The notes under the pieces were generated by a model that worked only from the letters and a program-made list of their open reading frames with translations, had not been told where the DNA came from and searched no databases. From an uncultured bacterium (lineage in GTDB: Bacteria > UBP4 > UBA4092), in assembly GCA_964644695.1 (NCBI GenBank), contig CAZXWN010000002.1:372001-403518 (forward strand): a DNA stretch of 31,518 nucleotides, given 5' to 3'. Shown here piece by piece: positions 26,290-31,518 of this stretch (the first letter of the stretch is position 1; the number at the start of each line of letters is the position of its first letter). The position numbers were made by a program, and so were the translations under genes.

Positions 26290-27477
26290 CTATTTAAGAA
26301 CTTCAATCATCCGTGAAATACCTTTTTCGATGTTCTCCATGGATGTCGCATATGAGAACCGAAGAAATCCATCAAACCCAAATGAGGAGCCCGGCACTAC
26401 GGCAATATGCGCTTCTTCCAGCAAGAAAGCAGATAAATCACTGTCATTTTCTACCTTCCGACCTTTATACGTCTTGCCTAATAATCCAGTGATATTGGGG
26501 AAAGCATAAAAAGCTCCACTGGGAGTTCGGCAGGTTACACCCGGGACCTGGTTGAGTAATTCAACTGTACGAATCCGGCGTTTATCAAATTCGTCATACA
26601 TGGCCTTCATGGCAGGTGCGCTCTGTGGGCTTACCAGTGCTTCAATGCCAGCCTTCTGAACAAAGGATGTTGGATTGGATGTGGTATGGCTCTGGAATTC
26701 ACTCATGGCTTTGATAATATCGGTCGGCCCTGCACAATATCCTAAACGCCATCCGGTCATAGAATAACTCTTGGAAAAGGTATAACAAACCACTGTTAGT
26801 TCCTTTATTTCAGGACCAAAGCTGGCTATACTAACTTGCTTTCCGTCATAGACCAGGTCTTCATAACATTCATCTGAAATAACATAGATACCCTTTTCAA
26901 CGCAGATGTCGGCAATAGCCTTTAATTCTTCAGGAGTATATAGTGAACCGGTCGGATTCGATGGACTATTGAGGATGAGAGCTTTTGTCTTCGGTGTAAT
27001 GGCGGCTCGGAATTCCTCCGGTGTCATTTTAAAATCGTTTTCTTCTTTGGTCTGGATAATGACATTAATACCATCGGACATTTTGACCTGTTCTGGATAT
27101 GTGACCCAGTAAGGGGCTGGCAAGATAACTTCGTCTCCTACATCAATTAATGCCCACATGATGTCATAAAGTACATGTTTGCCACCACAGCCAATCAGGA
27201 CTTGGGCCTGGGTATACTCAAGGTTATTGTTTTTCTTTAGTTTTTCTACAATGACTTTTTTGAGTTCGGGGATCCCTGCAGCAGCTGTGTATTTAGTAAA
27301 ACCACTCTGGATTGCTTTTATTCCTGATTGTTTAATGTGTTCCGGAGTATCAAAATCGGGTTCACCTACACCGAAGTCAATAACATCAATGCCTTGTGAT
27401 TTTAGTTCTTTGGCTTTTGCGGATAAAGCCAAGGTAGGTGATGCTGCAATTTGAGTCGTACGACGGGCGAGTTTCAT
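26290..27477 (-). CDS. aspC: PLP-dependent class I aminotransferase (aspartate aminotransferase subgroup Ib-like)
   Basis: GEPDFDTP, NSPSNPTG, SDECY, SKSYSMTGWRLG (PLP lysine), GAFY and LRFSYATS. Start ATG 27477 follows GGGAGG. Confidence 0.9.
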   Translation of the reverse strand: MKLARRTTQIAASPTLALSAKAKELKSQGIDVIDFGVGEPDFDTPEHIKQSGIKAIQSGFTKYTAAAGIPELKKVIVEKLKKNNNLEYTQAQVLIGCGGKHVLYDIMWALIDVGDEVILPAPYWVTYPEQVKMSDGINVIIQTKEENDFKMTPEEFRAAITPKTKALILNSPSNPTGSLYTPEELKAIADICVEKGIYVISDECYEDLVYDGKQVSIASFGPEIKELTVVCYTFSKSYSMTGWRLGYCAGPTDIIKAMSEFQSHTTSNPTSFVQKAGIEALVSPQSAPAMKAMYDEFDKRRIRTVELLNQVPGVTCRTPSGAFYAFPNITGLLGKTYKGRKVENDSDLSAFLLEEAHIAVVPGSSFGFDGFLRFSYATSMENIEKGISRMIEVLK

Positions 27478-27511
27478 GGAGAAGCCTCCCATATATGGAA
27501 TAAGTTTATCT

Positions 27512-27541
27512 ATTATATCTAAAGCGTATAGCAGACGACAA
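27512..27541 (-). promoter_or_regulatory. sigma70-type promoter for the aminotransferase
   Basis: TTGTCG, 18 bp spacer, TATAAT. Confidence 0.5.
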
Positions 27542-27607
27542 TTGGATATATTATCGTCAAATTAATCATCAAGTTGTTTACGGAAATATGACAAAAAAGA
27601 TTGTTAT

Positions 27608-28234
27608 TTATTGAGTGGTAACCAAGTGACGAATCTCCATATATCGTTTTTCGCCAATTCCTTTTATATTCATCAACTCTTCCGTGCGGCGGAATCCCCC
27701 TCTTTGATTTCGGTAGTCAATGATTCTCTGCGCATAGGCAGGGCCAATCCCTGATAATTGATCTAAATCTGAAAGTGAGGCGGTGTTTAGATTAATCAAC
27801 CTTGGAGCGGGTGGGATATTCTTTACTGGATTTGGGTTAGATATATTTATTGCTGTTGGATTGAGTTGAGTTGTGGTTTCTGCTTGAATCTCAGGAACAA
27901 CGATTCGAGTTCCATCCTGAAGGTGTTCTGCAAGATTTATCTGGTTTAAATCTGCTTTATTGGTAGCTTTTCCAGCAGCATCAATGGCTTGATATACTCG
28001 ACTTCCGGACGGAAGATGATAAACTCCGGGTTTATTAACTGCTCCAGTAATATGGACCACGAGTGAAGATGATACCGATACTGCTCCTTCTCCACCAGCT
28101 GATGGTGTAAGGATTTGTGTTAACTGAACCGGACGGGTTTGATGGGACCAGTACCAGTATCCCCCGCATCCTGCCACGATAATTAAAAGCAGGAAGATTA
28201 TTGTCCGGAATTCTCTCGGTGAAAGGCCGAACAT
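27608..28234 (-). CDS. comEA: ComEA-family DNA-binding competence protein
   Basis: N-terminal TM anchor, SLBB domain (VHITGAVNKPGVY...GSRV...INLA) and HhH domain (INLNTAS...LSGIGP...IIDYR...KGIGEK). ATG 28234 preferred because the track's TTG start at 28270 is a -35 box. Confidence 0.92.
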   Translation of the reverse strand: MFGLSPREFRTIIFLLLIIVAGCGGYWYWSHQTRPVQLTQILTPSAGGEGAVSVSSSLVVHITGAVNKPGVYHLPSGSRVYQAIDAAGKATNKADLNQINLAEHLQDGTRIVVPEIQAETTTQLNPTAINISNPNPVKNIPPAPRLINLNTASLSDLDQLSGIGPAYAQRIIDYRNQRGGFRRTEELMNIKGIGEKRYMEIRHLVTTQ

Positions 28235-28241
28235 AGCTAAT

Positions 28242-28270
28242 ATAATGATAAAAAGAGAGTTGTCTGTCAA
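28242..28270 (-). promoter_or_regulatory. sigma70-type promoter for comEA (leaderless)
   Basis: TTGACA, 17 bp spacer, CATTAT, then 7 nt to ATG. No SD. Confidence 0.55.
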
Positions 28271-28291
28271 TACCTAATAATTATTATTGAT

Positions 28292-28326
28292 AAAAAAACC
28301 TCTCCAAGATAGTTCCTGGAGAGGTT
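28292..28326 (-). terminator. Intrinsic terminator of the flotillin gene
   Basis: AACCTCTCCA...TGGAGAGGTT (10 bp arms) with a U run on the minus strand. Confidence 0.85.
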
Positions 28327-28346
28327 CTATTTTTAACTTATAGATG

Positions 28347-29819
28347 TTATAGATTATCTTTTTTCTCATCGGATTGAATGCCGGGTATCTTTTTAATAAC
28401 CTTCAGAATATCCACTCCTGATAATGCTTCCACCGTCGGAGGTAATTGGGACATGATATCAATTACATCCTTTGTGACCTTGGATGCCCCGCCACCTTCA
28501 TTACCTGAATTAATAATGACCATCCGTTCTGTCTTAGATAGAGGTTCAGAAATGGCTCGGGCAATTTCTGGAAGTCTATCAATCAACATCTGAATGACAG
28601 CCGCTTCATTATACTGTTTCCATGCCTCCGCTTTTTTGTGCATAGCTTCAGCCTCTGAATATCCTGTGGCTTTAATAACTTCAGCCCCTGCCAATCCACG
28701 AGCTTTATTCGCATCAGCTTCTGCCTGACCTATTTGACGTGTAGCTTCTGCTTGACCTGTGGCCGTAGTTTGAAGTCTGAACTTTTCAGCATTAGCCAAA
28801 GTTTCCATCCGGTATCTTTCAGCATCTGCCGGCTTTTCAACGGTGGCTGCCAGTTCTTTCTGTCTACGTTCAATTTCTTTTTCCTGGACCTGAATAGTCA
28901 TTTCTTTTTCAACGACCTGAACTTGAACCTCTTCACGTTTAACGGCCTGATTTGTTTTATATTTCTGGAGATCGTAGGCCAAATCAGCAGCGGCTTTTTT
29001 CTCATTTACAGACGCTGTATAATCAGCAACCTGCATTTCATAATCCCGTTGAGATTGGGCAATTCGGGTATCGGCTGAATACTTGGCAGTTTGCCCTTCC
29101 TGATTAGCCTGAGCTGATTTTATTGTGGCATCTCTCTGAGCTTCGGCTTCACCAATAATGGCATCTCTCTTAACTTGGGCAATTCGAGGTTTACCGAGAG
29201 CAACCAGGTATCCGGTATTATCTCTGATGTCACGAATAGTGAAAGATATAATAGTTAAGCCCATGTTGGCTAAATCAGTGGAAGCCACTTCTTGCACCTT
29301 CTGAGCAAAGAAATCTCGGTTTCCATAGGCTTCTTCAACCGACATGGTACCAAGAATGGCGCGCAAATGCCCTTCCACGGTTTGTAAGGCGATTCGGGAA
29401 ATCTCATTAATAGTTTTACCCAGGAATTGTTCGGCTGCCGTAGCGATACTGATGTCATCGCCTTTTACTTTAATCTGGGCAACACCATCAACAATAATAG
29501 GTACTCCAAGTTTTGTATATACTTCAGGAGTATTCACATCCAGGGTGATTATTTCTAACGAAAGGATGTCTGCTCTTTCGAATATTGGCCAGACAAAGGT
29601 GCCGCCACCTTTCACAAACCGAAATCCTACGGTTTGTTTTTGGCCTTGTTCATCACGAATGGTTCTTTTTTTACCGGAGATAACCAGAACTTGGTTGGGT
29701 CCGACTTTGATATACCGCCTGGAATAAGTGACGAGTCCCAGGATGATTACAATTACAACAGCGATTGCACTGAATGCAACTCCGGCTATTCCGAAGAGTG
29801 AGGGTTCTGCTGTAGGCAT
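28347..29819 (-). CDS. Flotillin family protein (SPFH domain plus coiled coil; FloT/YuaG-like)
   Basis: N-terminal TM, GGGTFVWP, VDGVAQIK, EGHLRAILG, YLVALGKPRIAQVKRDA, EA-rich coiled coil and LPEIA. Start ATG 29819 follows GGAGG. Confidence 0.93.
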   Translation of the reverse strand: MPTAEPSLFGIAGVAFSAIAVVIVIILGLVTYSRRYIKVGPNQVLVISGKKRTIRDEQGQKQTVGFRFVKGGGTFVWPIFERADILSLEIITLDVNTPEVYTKLGVPIIVDGVAQIKVKGDDISIATAAEQFLGKTINEISRIALQTVEGHLRAILGTMSVEEAYGNRDFFAQKVQEVASTDLANMGLTIISFTIRDIRDNTGYLVALGKPRIAQVKRDAIIGEAEAQRDATIKSAQANQEGQTAKYSADTRIAQSQRDYEMQVADYTASVNEKKAAADLAYDLQKYKTNQAVKREEVQVQVVEKEMTIQVQEKEIERRQKELAATVEKPADAERYRMETLANAEKFRLQTTATGQAEATRQIGQAEADANKARGLAGAEVIKATGYSEAEAMHKKAEAWKQYNEAAVIQMLIDRLPEIARAISEPLSKTERMVIINSGNEGGGASKVTKDVIDIMSQLPPTVEALSGVDILKVIKKIPGIQSDEKKDNL

Positions 29820-29878
29820 TTGATTTTGTTCCTCCAATGGTATTGTTTTTAAATTATCCCTGCATGGGGACTATCTGT

Positions 29879-30766
29879 TTACTGTTTTTGCGTTATTTTA
29901 GAGACGGTTTTCTTATCTTTTATCTGTTTGGATATTAGCTTAACCTGTTCCAAAAGAATCGGAAAGGCAGGTGCAGCCATCGACCCATGAGTGCACCCCT
30001 TCATTTCATAAATGGATGTATTCTTATGACCAACAACCTTCATCATGCGCATCAAATAAGCATCTTCCTCATATCGTCCCAGCATCTCCAGTTCACGGTC
30101 CCCGGTAATCAGGACAAGCGGCGGAGCGTCTTTTCTCACATGAAAGAGTGGTGCATATTCATCTACGATGGGTTGAGTGTCTGGTATCCCTTTTTCTTTC
30201 CTGATAACAAAATGGGTGATTGCATGTCCACTGAAGGGGATCAAGCCTGCGATTTTATTGGCATCAGTATCATATTTGGCTAACCACCTTTTATCTAAGC
30301 CAATCATGCTGGTCAAATATCCGCCAGCTGAATGTCCTGATACAAAAACCAACTCAGGATCTCCGCCGTAGTTCTGGATATTTTTCATGACCCAGGCAAC
30401 TGCGGCCGCTGCATCATCAATGTAAGCGGGTGTGGATACTTTTGGATATAAGCGATAATTTACACCTACGACTGCAATGTTCTTATTTTTTAATGGCTCT
30501 GGTATGAACTTTTCACCAGAGGACAATCCTCCACCATGAAACCAGACGACGGTTGCAAAACCTTTCTGTGACGCCGGGTAATAAATATCCAGCCGGCATC
30601 GTTTGTTCATATAGTCGTCCAGGGGTTCCTTTGTTTCATTCTGATAAAGCAGGTTGCTGACAATTGAATATTTAACCGTAGTGTCTATTGCCTGTCCCAT
30701 AACGGATGGCGTATAGAATATTGACATTATCAGCAAAACTGAAATAACAAATAAATTTATCTTCAT
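29879..30766 (-). CDS. Secreted alpha/beta hydrolase (HSL/BD-FAE-like esterase)
   Basis: Signal peptide, LDIYYP, HGGG oxyanion motif, GHSAGG nucleophile, ITGD and a C-terminal HG. Confidence 0.9.
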   Translation of the reverse strand: MKINLFVISVLLIMSIFYTPSVMGQAIDTTVKYSIVSNLLYQNETKEPLDDYMNKRCRLDIYYPASQKGFATVVWFHGGGLSSGEKFIPEPLKNKNIAVVGVNYRLYPKVSTPAYIDDAAAAVAWVMKNIQNYGGDPELVFVSGHSAGGYLTSMIGLDKRWLAKYDTDANKIAGLIPFSGHAITHFVIRKEKGIPDTQPIVDEYAPLFHVRKDAPPLVLITGDRELEMLGRYEEDAYLMRMMKVVGHKNTSIYEMKGCTHGSMAAPAFPILLEQVKLISKQIKDKKTVSKITQKQ

Positions 30767-30831
30767 GGAGTAATAATCCCTTAAAAACTATGATGGTAAT
30801 AAATGAATAATTAAATGGGAGTTTGGTCGAT

Positions 30832-31416
30832 TTATGGCTCTGAATGAGTCTGGGGTTCATCTTTTAATGGTTCGACCACTGCCGTTGACCCTACGACCTT
30901 AATTATCCGTACCGCTTTCATTTTGGAGATTGCGGTACCATCCTGAGATTTGGCTGGAGATGTGTAGCGGCTTCCTCTGAGGATATAGGCGATTTCTCCC
31001 AAGCCGGAATCTGCAATTGGAGTAATGACCTCAGCTGTCATTCCTGCTAAATCACTGACTCGTGCCTCAGAAGAACTTTGGGTGGCACGAAATACCTTCA
31101 GAAAAAAGTAGAAGACGCAGGCTCCAACAATAATTCCGGTAATCAAGGCAACCAATACATTGAATATCCCTGTTATTTCAAAGGCATACCGGGCAACCAA
31201 TCCTCCAGCGCCAAAAGAAGCAATAAAACTGGAAATAACGATGGGGCTGAAGGGTGAAAAAGATACCTCCCCACTGGATAAGTCATGTCCCATATCATGA
31301 CCGCCAAAGTCATGTCCTCCAGTGTCCATTCCGCTGTGTCCTAATAAGGTACCGATCAGAGCGTATGCTAATCCCAAAACTACGCAAAAAATGTAGATAA
31401 GTATTAGTGTTGCCAT
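30832..31416 (-). CDS. NfeD-like membrane protein (YuaF/NfeD2, flotillin partner)
   Basis: TM, then a His/Asp/Gly-rich linker, two further TMs (FGAGG) and a C-terminal OB-fold (G.TAEVITPI...GEI). SD GGGAGG. Confidence 0.85.
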   Translation of the reverse strand: MATLILIYIFCVVLGLAYALIGTLLGHSGMDTGGHDFGGHDMGHDLSSGEVSFSPFSPIVISSFIASFGAGGLVARYAFEITGIFNVLVALITGIIVGACVFYFFLKVFRATQSSSEARVSDLAGMTAEVITPIADSGLGEIAYILRGSRYTSPAKSQDGTAISKMKAVRIIKVVGSTAVVEPLKDEPQTHSEP

Positions 31417-31470
31417 GGTATCCCTCCCGGCTATTAATCATTGTGCCAATTAATTACCAATTATGGCGCT

Positions 31471-31499
31471 ATCCTAGCGTGAAGAATTACTAATTTCAA
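31471..31499 (-). promoter_or_regulatory. sigma70-type promoter for the NfeD-like gene
   Basis: TTGAAA, 17 bp spacer, TAGGAT. Confidence 0.55.
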
Positions 31500-31518
31500 G
31501 CAAAATCGGATTATCAGT

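Noticed and set aside
1022-30860. The many 60-150 aa antisense or alternate-frame ORFs overlapping assigned genes (e.g. 5686-6138, 21737-22153, 29344-29727)
   Set aside because: They are shadows of well-supported genes, with no motifs or translation signals.
31285-31340. GGHDFGGHDMGHD repeat in the NfeD-like protein
   Set aside because: His/Asp/Gly-rich linkers are typical of this family and this is not a DNA repeat element.
31433-31449. Second sigma54-like box upstream of the NfeD-like gene (TTGGCAC-AATGA-TTAAT)
   Set aside because: The -24 half is perfect but the essential -12 GC reads AA. A well-spaced sigma70 promoter at 31471-31499 explains expression.

Overview
A ~40% GC, gene-dense bacterial chromosomal segment from a diderm, LPS-making organism (waaA present; the lineage cannot be assigned from sequence alone). 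It holds housekeeping and metabolic genes: a truncated FAD oxidoreductase, a GT2, mutS, rfbB, a secreted PHP metallohydrolase, two tandem sugar-binding lipoproteins, amrB-amrA, glyQ, a URO-D-family protein, nanE-AAC(3)-like-waaA, a GH94 phosphorylase, argJ, an MFS transporter, a CspA-like S8 protease, a Gfo/Idh/MocA enzyme, a class I aminotransferase, comEA and NfeD-like/esterase/flotillin. I found no tRNA, rRNA, CRISPR array, transposase or phage gene. The best candidate for something undescribed is in the mutS-rfbB intergenic region. There a consensus sigma54 promoter, with upstream activator-like palindromes and an IHF-like site, points into a ~150-175 nt non-coding element. Its 5' and 3' ends pair, and its two hairpin loops hold all four of its GGA motifs, suggesting a sigma54-dependent, CsrA/RsmA-sponge-like sRNA. 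Also notable are an intact but catalytically degenerate IspA-like prenyltransferase homolog and a recurring leaderless or short-leader gene architecture. All calls come from reading motifs by eye; no database searches or folding programs were run.
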